Positions 36,345 through 45,507 of a stretch of DNA of 50,403 bases are shown here, piece after piece. Origin of the DNA: Clostridiaceae bacterium. Lineage in GTDB: Bacteria; Bacillota; Clostridia; Oscillospirales; Acutalibacteraceae. The stretch covers positions 1 through 50,403 of the forward strand of contig JAEEHZ010000239.1 of assembly GCA_016281115.1 (NCBI GenBank). Reading direction: 5' to 3'. The notes under the pieces are model-generated. The model saw nothing but the letters and a program-made list of their open reading frames with translations, did no database searches and had not been told where the DNA came from. Every line of letters starts with the position of its first letter. Position 1 is the stretch's first letter. The position numbers and the translations under genes were made by a program.

Positions 36345-36462
36345 TGGAGCCGACGGCAAGAATCGAACTTGCACCGCGTCTTTTCACCGTTACATATTTA
36401 CTTCTAATACTAACCAGCTTCTCGCGCTTCCTCGCTCAATCTACCTTTAATTGTACGTCGGC
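36345..36462 (-). ncRNA. oversized tRNA-like RNA S2 (118 nt, encoded CCA)
   Basis: Acceptor GCCGACG/CGTCGGC, D arm CAAT-TAAAGGTAG-ATTG, T arm GCAAG-TTCGATT-CTTGC and CCA. However, 64 nt sit where about 23 nt of anticodon arm plus variable loop should be, and no anticodon stem folds. Confidence 0.5.
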
Positions 36463-36496
36463 AAAAAAAAGGCGGCTTAAGAATTATCTTAAGCCG
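36463..36496 (-). terminator. strong rho-independent terminator between S1 and S2
   Basis: Minus sense CGGCTTAAG-ataatt-CTTAAGCCG followed by CC and T8. Confidence 0.7.
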
Positions 36497-36542
36497 TAGG
36501 AGAAAAACTTGAGCATCATAACGACACTCCCAAGTAGCAGTA

Positions 36543-36669
36543 ATGCGGGCGTGGATTTGCACCACGCATAGCAACCATCAGCATCCGTCGCAGTCGCCGC
36601 GTCCCTGTCCATTTTAAGCCCCGGTCATGGGCTACGGATTTCACACGTCTACCTATTCCGTCACCGCAT
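36543..36669 (-). ncRNA. oversized tRNA-like RNA S1 (about 127 nt)
   Basis: D-loop-like GGAATAGGTAGACG, T arm GCGTGG-TGCAAAT-CCACGC and terminal pairing TGCGG/CCGCA. The internal ATCCGT...ACGGAT stem encloses about 50 extra nt. Confidence 0.4.
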
Positions 36670-36695
36670 TATAAAACCTTAATTTTATATTATTT

Positions 36696-37205
36696 TTAAA
36701 GTAAAATATACATACCATCAGGTATGTTTATATTAAGCTCATTTAAATATATAGGAATGGGACAATATTTACCGAGATTATAATGAGTATAATATTCCAT
36801 CATTTCGCTTTCAGTACAATCTCTTATAGCCTGATTATATTGATAATCAAATTTTGCTTCAAAAAAGTCATCAACTCCGACATCGAGGACTGATTCAAGA
36901 CTCGCGATGAGATTTGTATATTCCGCAAAATGATATTCGTTAATTTTATCATATATATTCGGCGCATAATACCCACGTGCAAAGAAATGGATATATTTTT
37001 TTTCGTCAATATCTGTAAAAATATCAACTATAAATTTATTTTCCAAGTCAAGAATATTTAATTGAGGAATTCTTTGCTTGGCTTTTGAGATTAAACGGCT
37101 ATTGTCGCCTCTGAGAAAACACGCGAGTCTTCCAGTGTCGTCATCGTATCGAAAATGCGGACAATCATAACAATCACAGGGCTCTTTGTAACATATATTT
37201 GCCAT
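36696..37205 (-). CDS. hypothetical protein
   Basis: Start at the ATG at 37205 behind GAGGTGG. Cys-rich N-terminus. Confidence 0.45.
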   Translation of the reverse strand: MANICYKEPCDCYDCPHFRYDDDTGRLACFLRGDNSRLISKAKQRIPQLNILDLENKFIVDIFTDIDEKKYIHFFARGYYAPNIYDKINEYHFAEYTNLIASLESVLDVGVDDFFEAKFDYQYNQAIRDCTESEMMEYYTHYNLGKYCPIPIYLNELNINIPDGMYILL

Positions 37206-37207
37206 AT

Positions 37208-37396
37208 TTACCACCTCGTTAACACTGTTTGGTGTATAAAATTTATTTCATAAACTTCTTCTCCGGTAGACCCGCAATCTTCACAACGCCATGCGTAACA
37301 AACTCCCCCGTCACAATCTTTAACATGCCCGTAATCTAAACTATTACTATGACACACCGGACACTCGCCAGCAAATCCGTCAATATACTCATTCAT
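37208..37396 (-). CDS. small zinc-ribbon protein
   Basis: CPVCH...CEDCG. Start at the ATG at 37396. Confidence 0.4.
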   Translation of the reverse strand: MNEYIDGFAGECPVCHSNSLDYGHVKDCDGGVCYAWRCEDCGSTGEEVYEINFIHQTVLTRW

Positions 37397-37400
37397 ATAA

Positions 37401-37751
37401 TTATCCTTTCTGTTTGTGTGAGAAAAACTCACGAAAATTAAGCCATTTTTCTTCCATAATATTTCCAATCTCGTCTATCGAGTCGCCCCATCCTCCGGCT
37501 TTTACGCGAATGTATTTTCCGGGAAGATTTTCCCATTTATCTACGCCGACAACATCAAGTATTTTTGATATAATTTCCATACTCTCGGGGCGAAACACGC
37601 GAGTATTTGCTATTTTATCAAACTCATCAAGAGCATATCCGCCAATATAGCACTCGCAGTTCCCTAAATTTACACCAATATAAAATGTAAAAATCCCATG
37701 GTCTTCGCGTCCGAGCATTACATCTGTGATTATTGCGTTTCTAATTTCCAT
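37401..37751 (-). CDS. hypothetical protein
   Basis: 116-aa ORF. Confidence 0.45.
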   Translation of the reverse strand: MEIRNAIITDVMLGREDHGIFTFYIGVNLGNCECYIGGYALDEFDKIANTRVFRPESMEIISKILDVVGVDKWENLPGKYIRVKAGGWGDSIDEIGNIMEEKWLNFREFFSHKQKG

Positions 37752-37779
37752 TAATTTGTTTTCACCGCCCCATAATTAT

Positions 37780-37992
37780 TTAGCCTAAGATAATCGTATC
37801 GCTCTTTGAGTTGTGATTGGAGTCATAGATTAAATCAATATAATCGTCGTCTAAGGGCGAAAGACCGTAAAACAAACCGTGAAATCCGTTTCCCTCGTTA
37901 TCATCACTCACGACAATATACTTATTTCCATCGCCGTCTTTAATTGCGTTTTTACATATTTCATATAATTCTTTAACGGTTATCTGGTTCAT
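37780..37992 (-). CDS. hypothetical protein
   Basis: 70-aa ORF. Confidence 0.4.
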   Translation of the reverse strand: MNQITVKELYEICKNAIKDGDGNKYIVVSDDNEGNGFHGLFYGLSPLDDDYIDLIYDSNHNSKSDTIILG

Positions 37993-38008
37993 TTATTATC
38001 AACTCCTA

Positions 38009-38263
38009 TTATTCTAACATCATTTCTATCAATATATTTTGAGTCTCCGCGTCAGATATAATTTGACTTAAAATGTATTCAGGATTCTCTCCGGACTCAA
38101 TACCGTCTTCAATAAATTCTCCGATAGCCTCTTTAAATCTGTTTAAAGTGATTGACTTTTTCGGTAACAATTCATCGTTTATAATAGTCATATTAAGGCA
38201 CTTTGCTATTTCATCAAACGAGTGTCCTGAATTTTTAAGATATCTTTCAATATCAATATTCAT
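38009..38263 (-). CDS. hypothetical protein
   Basis: 84-aa ORF. Confidence 0.4.
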   Translation of the reverse strand: MNIDIERYLKNSGHSFDEIAKCLNMTIINDELLPKKSITLNRFKEAIGEFIEDGIESGENPEYILSQIISDAETQNILIEMMLE

Positions 38264-38282
38264 TCTATCTCACCACCATATT

Positions 38283-38498
38283 CTAATATTCTCCGATATA
38301 TCTTCCCGTGTTATTATACACGCCATCCTCTCGTAACACCCTTGTGCAACCCCACTCCTCTATCTGGAGAATCCCCGATGTGGATTTTGAGTCGCCGGTA
38401 GTCATTATTCCAAGTATTCCATAATACGGGCAGCTATTTCGATAACAATTGTCAAAGTTATTCCAAGGACATTTTAGCAAAATATTTTCATTTTTCAT
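38283..38498 (-). CDS. hypothetical protein
   Basis: 71-aa ORF. Confidence 0.4.
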   Translation of the reverse strand: MKNENILLKCPWNNFDNCYRNSCPYYGILGIMTTGDSKSTSGILQIEEWGCTRVLREDGVYNNTGRYIGEY

Positions 38499-38630
38499 TT
38501 TCTGACCTCCTTATATCCATTGGTATATCTCTCACTCTCATACAAGTCGACAAACATCCACATTGTTTATGTCCGTATATTATAGTTCCATTCTTCTTTT
38601 GTCATCAAAACACCTCGTTTAAATCATTTT

Positions 38631-38927
38631 TTATATATCTGACGACACTATAGACAAGTCTCCGCCACCGTACCCACGTTCTTTAACTATATCAAAGAGT
38701 GTCATTTCCGGTTTAATAATTCCATGGAACAATAACGCCCCCGGATACTCGGTAAAAATCCCAACAAGACAAATATCTTTTTTTATCCACATATCATATA
38801 CATGGTATGGTAAAAGATACGACAACACATCTTTTATCTCTGAGCCCTCGGAGAAACCGTAAACATCTGAAATTTTACACGAAGCGCGTATATCCATAGT
38901 ATCTTTGTAAGTAATTGTAAGATTCAT
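38631..38927 (-). CDS. hypothetical protein
   Basis: 98-aa ORF. Confidence 0.4.
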   Translation of the reverse strand: MNLTITYKDTMDIRASCKISDVYGFSEGSEIKDVLSYLLPYHVYDMWIKKDICLVGIFTEYPGALLFHGIIKPEMTLFDIVKERGYGGGDLSIVSSDI

Positions 38928-39361
38928 TTTTCATACCTCTCTTTATATAGCAGTGGATTTTGTAAATAAACCGAACACATTTCATATGCGGTATAAAGAT
39001 GGTGCATCGCCTTTGAGGGAATGTTGGAATAATCCATATCGAGCCATTGTCCTATGACCCCGGTAACATCTTCGCAATACAGGTTATCACGCAAAGGAAG
39101 TGGTATTTGCTGCGTCAGCTCTTGAATGCGCAATGTTATATGATCGGTGGCATAAAACCCCTCAACGCCGGCTTCAAAACATCCGTCCGAGTCTTCGAAT
39201 ATTTTATAATTACATGACAACGCGTCCTCTCTTTCCGAGGTTTTTACTCTTTGCTTAAATGCTTTCAGAGCCTCTTTATAATCGCGATAGACGCCTAATA
39301 TTTCATCTCCGGATTCGCCATCTATACACCACTCTGATCTTATTACATATTGTTTATTCAT
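38924..39361 (-). CDS. hypothetical protein
   Basis: 145-aa ORF overlapping its neighbour by 4 nt. Confidence 0.45.
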   Translation of the reverse strand: MNKQYVIRSEWCIDGESGDEILGVYRDYKEALKAFKQRVKTSEREDALSCNYKIFEDSDGCFEAGVEGFYATDHITLRIQELTQQIPLPLRDNLYCEDVTGVIGQWLDMDYSNIPSKAMHHLYTAYEMCSVYLQNPLLYKERYEK

Positions 39362-39366
39362 ATAAT

Positions 39367-39687
39367 TTACCCCATATTTCGATTTTTGGTTTTTGCAAGC
39401 AGTTCAACAATCGTTGAACTGGTATAATTTACACCCTCTATTAAGTCTCGCCAGTCGACATCAAGAAAACCATCGCATTCTTCAATTGTCGGCGACATCA
39501 TCATAGAGTATTCTCCGTTATCATATACTGTCAAAGATATACACATACACAGCACGTTTCCATACTCGGATTCCGGCTCAAACTCTACTTCATCCATGCT
39601 TTTGGGGTAAGTAAAATAATAAACGTGAGCAGAAAAATCCGGCTCATAAAACCCCTCTTCATATATACACTTACTTGCATCTATCAT
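39367..39687 (-). CDS. hypothetical protein
   Basis: Start at the ATG at 39687 behind AGAGGTG. Confidence 0.4.
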   Translation of the reverse strand: MIDASKCIYEEGFYEPDFSAHVYYFTYPKSMDEVEFEPESEYGNVLCMCISLTVYDNGEYSMMMSPTIEECDGFLDVDWRDLIEGVNYTSSTIVELLAKTKNRNMG

Positions 39688-39700
39688 CCTGCGCACCTCT

Positions 39701-40372
39701 TTAAAATACATCAAGCATTCCGTGAAAACCGTCAATTTGCGTGAACTTCCAGATACCGTTTCCTTTTACAAAATTGATATAATTATTTACTCCAAGCGCG
39801 CATATAAGCCGCACCGTTGTCGCTACCCCGAGCGTCACTCCGCAAGCCGATACCGGAGTTTCTTCCGCCGCTTCTTCGTGTGAAAATTGCATAGATTTTA
39901 ACAAATCCTGTTTCATTTTATAATCGCTCCAGTCCGCCGCATAATGCTGTGCGGATTCAAGTAAAGTTCTGAAATCAAATACCGCTTTTACATACGGACT
40001 GTCCATATGTTTTTCCACGATACTTCTCCGCAATTCAATATTATCTACCGCTATAAAAATATATCCCGACATTAATTTGCCCTGCCACCCCTCGGGTTTA
40101 AGTTCAATTTCGTCTGCGATTTCCGGATTAATATCTATAAGAATGTCTTTTAACGCATCAACTTTTAATTTACCTATATCCTGCTGGCGAAACATCTGGT
40201 TACAAATATTATGAGCTTCAACTTTATCAAAGTCCCACAGCGTCATTTTTGTTATACCGCATCTCGCTAAATTTTCTGCAAGTGTAGAACCCACAGAGCC
40301 ACAACCAACAATATGAATGCGGGATGTGTCTTTTTCCGGCTGGAAAAATTCATAAGACTTGCTTAAATCCAT
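39701..40372 (-). CDS. ThiF/MoeB-family E1-like adenylyltransferase (short form)
   Basis: Rossmann GxGxxG in IVGCGSVGSTLAENLARCG and DFDKVEAHNICNQ. 223 aa. Confidence 0.75.
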   Translation of the reverse strand: MDLSKSYEFFQPEKDTSRIHIVGCGSVGSTLAENLARCGITKMTLWDFDKVEAHNICNQMFRQQDIGKLKVDALKDILIDINPEIADEIELKPEGWQGKLMSGYIFIAVDNIELRRSIVEKHMDSPYVKAVFDFRTLLESAQHYAADWSDYKMKQDLLKSMQFSHEEAAEETPVSACGVTLGVATTVRLICALGVNNYINFVKGNGIWKFTQIDGFHGMLDVF

Positions 40373-40374
40373 AA

Positions 40375-40926
40375 TTACACCTCTTCGCGCATTTGCATTA
40401 TTGTTATATCTTCAATACTGATATTACCAGTATCAGAATCATCCTCATCACCAATATGCTGAATTGCATCACTGCAAGACGTAAATAACTCATCAAACGA
40501 TAAGCTTTCTTCTTCTGCACAAATTTCATCTTCGATGTTTATATCGCCATCCGGATCTTCTTCTTCGAGTGATTCCGGATTTTCTCCTTCGTCATCTTCC
40601 CATATATCGTTGTCGTCACACCATTCAAGCACTGCATCGCATTTTGCGTCATAATCATCACCATCTGCGCCTCGCCACGTGCCGTCGTAATCATCTCTTA
40701 TGTAATAATCACATCCCTCTGGTAAGTCGTTAAGCCAGTCACGGATCTCCTGCCAACTTTCATCCCGAAGAAGATCTTCTATTTCTTGCTCAATTGATTC
40801 TGAATAACTATCAGCAGTCCAAACGTCGTCAACATAGTCATCGCAACCGTTTTCATTACAAAAGTCTATTAAATCGTACCAATCCCAATCGTTATACGCA
40901 ACATCAACAAATTCTTCTCTTGTCAT
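40375..40926 (-). CDS. highly acidic hypothetical protein
   Basis: 183 aa, very rich in D/E (for example EDDEGENPESLEEEDPDGD). Confidence 0.45.
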   Translation of the reverse strand: MTREEFVDVAYNDWDWYDLIDFCNENGCDDYVDDVWTADSYSESIEQEIEDLLRDESWQEIRDWLNDLPEGCDYYIRDDYDGTWRGADGDDYDAKCDAVLEWCDDNDIWEDDEGENPESLEEEDPDGDINIEDEICAEEESLSFDELFTSCSDAIQHIGDEDDSDTGNISIEDITIMQMREEV

Positions 40927-40940
40927 TTAAATTAACCTCC

Positions 40941-41807
40941 TTAATCCATGCAATATCCGTGGCGGCTATACCAACTCACAATATCATCATCGTCATCAAG
41001 CGCGTCAAAATGCTGTTCTTTAATGCGTCCGCCGCGTATTCCCCTTCGTCTGTGTCTTGTGGGTATATCCTCTTCTTTGTCTGTTGTTGTCTTTGAGTCG
41101 GACGTAAATCCAATAGTATTTCCGGGCTTTTGTGTGCTTATTACATGTGTGCTTATTACAACGGCTTTATCGCAAACCATTGTTTTGGCGTCAGTGATAA
41201 ATTTTTCAAGTCCCGTGCCGTCGTCCAAAATCTCAACTTTACAGTCTGATGTTTCGAATAATATGTTCTTTGCCATATCATATATTTTTATTGTCTTGTC
41301 GCCTTTTTTGTTCCATATCATAAATATATAAAACATTGTGTCATCAAGCTGTTCGAGGATTCTATCATATAAGGCGGTATCGACAGAAGACGGCGATGTT
41401 CCCATGTTGACATGCGAGTGCCCCTGCATTCTGATATTGTTAAACACGTCATCTTCGTGTGTCATAAGCCACGTCTGATATTTCGCCTGATCTGTGGTTA
41501 CCGTTGCACCGGTTACTTCCTGTGGATAAACAAGAATGTCGGTGATATAATATTCGTCTTTTGATGCGTCGTCACCTCTTTTTGCTATGCCGTGCCAAGC
41601 GACTTCTTTATCAAATTCCTTAATTAATGTTTGCATTTTTAACCAAGCAAGCTCTGTAAAATAAACAGTCGCTTCTCGTTTAATACCCGAAAACGACTTC
41701 GAGAAACTTATTTTGCCATCGGATAATTTAGCGGCTTGAATCGCTTCATTAAACGCTCGCTTTATTTCTTCTATGTTTTCCGGGGTTAATTTAATTATTT
41801 TAGCCAT
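40941..41807 (-). CDS. JAB/MPN (JAMM) metallopeptidase-domain protein
   Basis: JAMM signature H-S-H-x7-S-x2-D in QGHSHVNMGTSPSSVD. Confidence 0.75.
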   Translation of the reverse strand: MAKIIKLTPENIEEIKRAFNEAIQAAKLSDGKISFSKSFSGIKREATVYFTELAWLKMQTLIKEFDKEVAWHGIAKRGDDASKDEYYITDILVYPQEVTGATVTTDQAKYQTWLMTHEDDVFNNIRMQGHSHVNMGTSPSSVDTALYDRILEQLDDTMFYIFMIWNKKGDKTIKIYDMAKNILFETSDCKVEILDDGTGLEKFITDAKTMVCDKAVVISTHVISTQKPGNTIGFTSDSKTTTDKEEDIPTRHRRRGIRGGRIKEQHFDALDDDDDIVSWYSRHGYCMD

Positions 41808-43287
41808 TTGCGTTTTCCTCCTGTTGTTTTAAATACACAACCGCTTCTTTGGGTGTAACAACGGCGCCGTCGGGAAGTTCTATACATTTCATATTCACCC
41901 GTTCGTCGCTTAAACCATATACTCTGAGCATAAATTCTTGCATAACCGTTGAGTCGGCAAAGTTTAAGCTTTTACACGAGGCAATACACTGCTCGATTGC
42001 ACCTATATAATTATTGTTAAGCAATAATGAATTTATTTGCCTTTCATAATTACCAAGGCAACGATATTTATCTATATGAGGATTTGGCGTGTATCCGTCA
42101 TACTCATATTTGTAAGAGAAGTGATCTCTTGCTCTCACATTTGAATCAAGCTGAAAATCATACGCAGCGCACACCCTGACACGAAGCGTCTGGTCAAGAA
42201 AGATTGCAGTCATTAATTTTTTCATATCTTCCGTCGGAATAATATTATTGCAAGTTCTGCCCCTCGGCTCATATATATAACTATGCTCGTTATCAATCAT
42301 GCTTTTCGCCATATCTTCGTCAAAATATGTGATATAATCTTTCACGCCGAACAGAACGTGAACATTATCAACGCTTTCGAGAACCAAGTGATTGTTGCAT
42401 AAGAAATACTCCATAATTTCAGATTCGTCTTTTGTTTTAGACATTGCCGTCTCTATTCCAAGCAACTTGGTTTCGGTATCGCGCTTCTGTTCTAATTCAA
42501 TTCCGATTTTATTATTTAATTCATTAATTCTGTATATTATACTTTCAATATCTGATCTGAGACGTTCGCATTCACGAGATTCGTAACGAGACTCAAAACC
42601 GGAGAGAAGTTCCTTGATTTTTATCGTCCTAAAATCATATTGTTCCGACATACGCGTCAAACAATCTTTATATTTCTCCGACTTATTCTCTCGTAACGAA
42701 TTAATAAGTTCCATCTCAATTTCCGAAACACCCTCTTCCGGATTAAAATACCACGGCAAGAACGCAAAAATGCCACATTGCAAATAATGCATATCGCGTA
42801 TGTCCATATTATTTGTACAAATTATGACATTTTTATTAACCGGTTCGACAAAACAAGCCACATCAAAACGTTTTTGAAAAAATAACGTTACCTTTTCGAG
42901 CGGGCGCCATTCGGGATGAACTTTACAAAAATTCTGTTTTACCATTGTCATCCAAGCGTTATTGTTCTCCGCTGTTGGATTATAAAAATTAGAAACCAGC
43001 AAAACACCTTGAGCGTCGTGTTGTTCTCCGTTGTAAAAAAATACTCTTCCCGTCGCAATCTCTAGAGCGCGGGTTGTTTCCAAGCCGCTTAGCTGAGATG
43101 CTGAATAAGTAGAATCTCGAAATAACACATTTAACTCTTCATTATTTTTTAATCGAGAACCGAGAAGCGCTCTGAGCGTTGACAAAAATGTAAAATCTGA
43201 ACGCCAAGGTTCTCCGTGAATATTGGAAAAAGCCATATTTGCACCGGTAGATGTAAACGGTGTAGATTGTATAATCTCTTTAAACAT
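41800..43287 (-). CDS. large hypothetical protein of the ThiF/JAB cassette
   Basis: 495 aa. Start trimmed to the ATG at 43287 (GAGAGGAG upstream) because the longer ORF overlaps tRNA-Leu. Confidence 0.5.
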   Translation of the reverse strand: MFKEIIQSTPFTSTGANMAFSNIHGEPWRSDFTFLSTLRALLGSRLKNNEELNVLFRDSTYSASQLSGLETTRALEIATGRVFFYNGEQHDAQGVLLVSNFYNPTAENNNAWMTMVKQNFCKVHPEWRPLEKVTLFFQKRFDVACFVEPVNKNVIICTNNMDIRDMHYLQCGIFAFLPWYFNPEEGVSEIEMELINSLRENKSEKYKDCLTRMSEQYDFRTIKIKELLSGFESRYESRECERLRSDIESIIYRINELNNKIGIELEQKRDTETKLLGIETAMSKTKDESEIMEYFLCNNHLVLESVDNVHVLFGVKDYITYFDEDMAKSMIDNEHSYIYEPRGRTCNNIIPTEDMKKLMTAIFLDQTLRVRVCAAYDFQLDSNVRARDHFSYKYEYDGYTPNPHIDKYRCLGNYERQINSLLLNNNYIGAIEQCIASCKSLNFADSTVMQEFMLRVYGLSDERVNMKCIELPDGAVVTPKEAVVYLKQQEENANG

Positions 43288-43320
43288 ACCAAACTCCTCT
43301 CTTATTCTTGTTTTTTTTTT

Positions 43321-43405
43321 TGGTGGGGAATGCCGGACTCGAACCGGCACGGATTAATCCATCGGATTTTAAGTCCGAAGCGTCTGCCAATTTCACCAAT
43401 TCCCC
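43321..43405 (-). tRNA. tRNA-Leu (anticodon UAA)
   Basis: GGGGAAT...anticodon arm TCGGA-CTTAAAA-TCCGA, long variable arm GGA-TTAA-TCC, T arm GCCGG-TTCGAGT-CCGGC, CCA. Confidence 0.9.
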
Positions 43406-43476
43406 AAAACAAACCCCGCATATTTCAGCGGGGTTGACGATATTTTATGTATTTTTTTTGTTTAAATGTTATTTGT

Positions 43477-43707
43477 TTAAGCGTTATCAGCTTTAACAAC
43501 CTGAAGCAAGAAGCACTTTTCAGTGATACCGAACTGTTCAAATGTCTTGTCCAGGTCTCCGGGATTGAGAGATGCTCCGTCGAGGTGAATAACACCGCGT
43601 CCTGCATAATCTATATCAGCGTCTTCAAGCACCGTTCTTAAAGTCGTGTTCGAGTCAACAATGACTGTTTCTCTTTTTACGTTGTTACCAACAACTACCT
43701 TTATCAT
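43477..43707 (-). CDS. 76-aa protein, candidate beta-grasp/ubiquitin-like partner of the ThiF/JAB cassette
   Basis: Call rests on size and position only. The C-terminus is ...VVKADNA, not GG. AAGGAG RBS. Confidence 0.35.
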   Translation of the reverse strand: MIKVVVGNNVKRETVIVDSNTTLRTVLEDADIDYAGRGVIHLDGASLNPGDLDKTFEQFGITEKCFLLQVVKADNA

Positions 43708-43790
43708 AATTAATCTCCTTTTCTTTAAAACATTTTTTAATAAATTGACAAGCTACGGTATTGCCCGTAGCTTGTTGTTGTGTATCGCAA

Positions 43791-44192
43791 TTACTGTGCA
43801 ACGGTAATGTTGTCAAGAATTGCGCCCTTTTCCGCATCAATTTCTGCGAGGATTGCGGGAATAGTTGCTTCGAGTTTGTTCAGGTTAAGAATAGATGTGC
43901 CGATAGCTTCAGCCACCGCTTCACGAACGTCGCCGCTCATTCCCTCAGATACTACGAGTGTGATTGTAGCGAGCTTGGCATCGTCATGCGTTTCGGTTCC
44001 AAATTCCGCTCCATACTTGTTGATTTTTCCCGAGCCGTTACATACGCCTACACGAAAAATCGGTTCTTTACCGTCTTCTCCGCCTTTCAAAACAAGTGCT
44101 TCGGGACGATACTTTGCAATTTTACGAAGGTCTGCGAGCTTAACGCTTGACGTAACAACCACAGCCTCGCCTGCAATAACAACTTTTGCCAT
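43791..44192 (-). CDS. hypothetical protein
   Basis: 133-aa ORF behind AAAGGAG. Confidence 0.5.
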   Translation of the reverse strand: MAKVVIAGEAVVVTSSVKLADLRKIAKYRPEALVLKGGEDGKEPIFRVGVCNGSGKINKYGAEFGTETHDDAKLATITLVVSEGMSGDVREAVAEAIGTSILNLNKLEATIPAILAEIDAEKGAILDNITVAQ

Positions 44193-44311
44193 ACTTTAAA
44201 TCTCCTTTTATTCTTAATGTGCTCTGTTGGTTGGTTATCCACCCACACCACGGGGAGGTCGAGCCATTGTGGGCGTTGGCGTACCGGAGGGGAGGCGTCC
44301 GGTACGCTTTT

Positions 44312-44731
44312 TTAGGCGGTTCTTACAAGCCCGCCAAAACGCGCCTCTATTGCGATGCTGCCAAATTCGGAGCACCACTCGGCGTCATAATTATATGTAT
44401 ATGACATCGCATATCCACGCTCAATGTCTGCAACGTCATCTTTCCACTCTTCTTCATAATCACTCACGTAAAGAAAAGAATCCATTTTACCAAATACCGA
44501 GTAGCAACGAACAACTGTATATACCAAAGCGTTATGCTCTTCTTCGAATTGTTTTATAAGTTGTTTCTGCTCGTCGTCTACCCAAAACAATGCTCCGAGA
44601 GGAGGTTCGCTCACCATTACCGTGCCGCTTGATTTAAATTGTCTTATGGCGTCAGGAATAATATGAAGCTTTTTCATTCTCTTAACAGCTTCTTCAACCT
44701 TACGCTCTCTGGAAATTATCATATCTTTCAC
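44312..44731 (-). CDS. hypothetical protein
   Basis: 139-aa ORF. Confidence 0.45.
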   Translation of the reverse strand: MKDMIISRERKVEEAVKRMKKLHIIPDAIRQFKSSGTVMVSEPPLGALFWVDDEQKQLIKQFEEEHNALVYTVVRCYSVFGKMDSFLYVSDYEEEWKDDVADIERGYAMSYTYNYDAEWCSEFGSIAIEARFGGLVRTA

Positions 44732-44746
44732 AATAAAACCCCCGTT

Positions 44747-45373
44747 TTATGATTTATATATAGGGTTGTCCTCGTCGTCGAATATCAAATACTCATAAGG
44801 ATATTCTTCAAAAAAATCTTCTCCGTTTTCATCTTCAATAAACATCGGACGGCGAATTACAGTGTTCCATTTTCGCGCAAGATATTCAAGAAAATGCTCT
44901 TTAATATCCTCGAACATATGTTGATCAAAATAATAATTTGTAGAACCTTCGTCTTCGCAAACAGCATCGAGGAATATACACAATGCGTCGTCGAGTTCCG
45001 TCTCTCTTTCTTCTATCAAAGTCTCGTAATCAAACATAGAGTCGTCTTCGTCGCTTTCTTTGCTTTCGTTATCTTTTTTTGCCTCATTGCTCGATAAAAT
45101 TTCAACAACCTTTTCGGTTAAATATTTGTTATAAATTCTTTCCGCTGTTTTTTTGCCGTCAAACTCATTAACGATTTTTTCTGAATAAACTTCATTATCA
45201 TCTGCACATACTATAATTTTTCCTGTTCTGCCGTTGTCTGATTCTGTAAGATAAATTACTATCCCAAAATCATCATTTGAAGCAATTTCAAACATTGTTG
45301 TCGTCATTTCCTGCATATTTTCCTGTAAATATTTCCATACATCAGCAGGTTCTACTGAAATTTTTTTTGCCAT
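44747..45373 (-). CDS. acidic hypothetical protein
   Basis: 208 aa, rich in D/E. Confidence 0.45.
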   Translation of the reverse strand: MAKKISVEPADVWKYLQENMQEMTTTMFEIASNDDFGIVIYLTESDNGRTGKIIVCADDNEVYSEKIVNEFDGKKTAERIYNKYLTEKVVEILSSNEAKKDNESKESDEDDSMFDYETLIEERETELDDALCIFLDAVCEDEGSTNYYFDQHMFEDIKEHFLEYLARKWNTVIRRPMFIEDENGEDFFEEYPYEYLIFDDEDNPIYKS

Positions 45374-45507
45374 AAAACATTCCTCCCAAATTTATATATT
45401 AAAAATCCGATATGTTGTCCTGATTTCATATCGGAAACCCACCCATATGTCCCGGAAACATATGTAAAACAGGAGTGGTAATATTAACTTCACTTTTAAA
45501 ATTACAA

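Noticed and set aside
36345-36462. S2 as tRNA-Sec or a group-I-intron-containing tRNA
   Set aside because: At 118 nt it is longer than tRNA-Sec and has no UCA. The roughly 40-nt surplus is far too short for a group I intron, and no anticodon stem can be drawn on either side of a putative insert.
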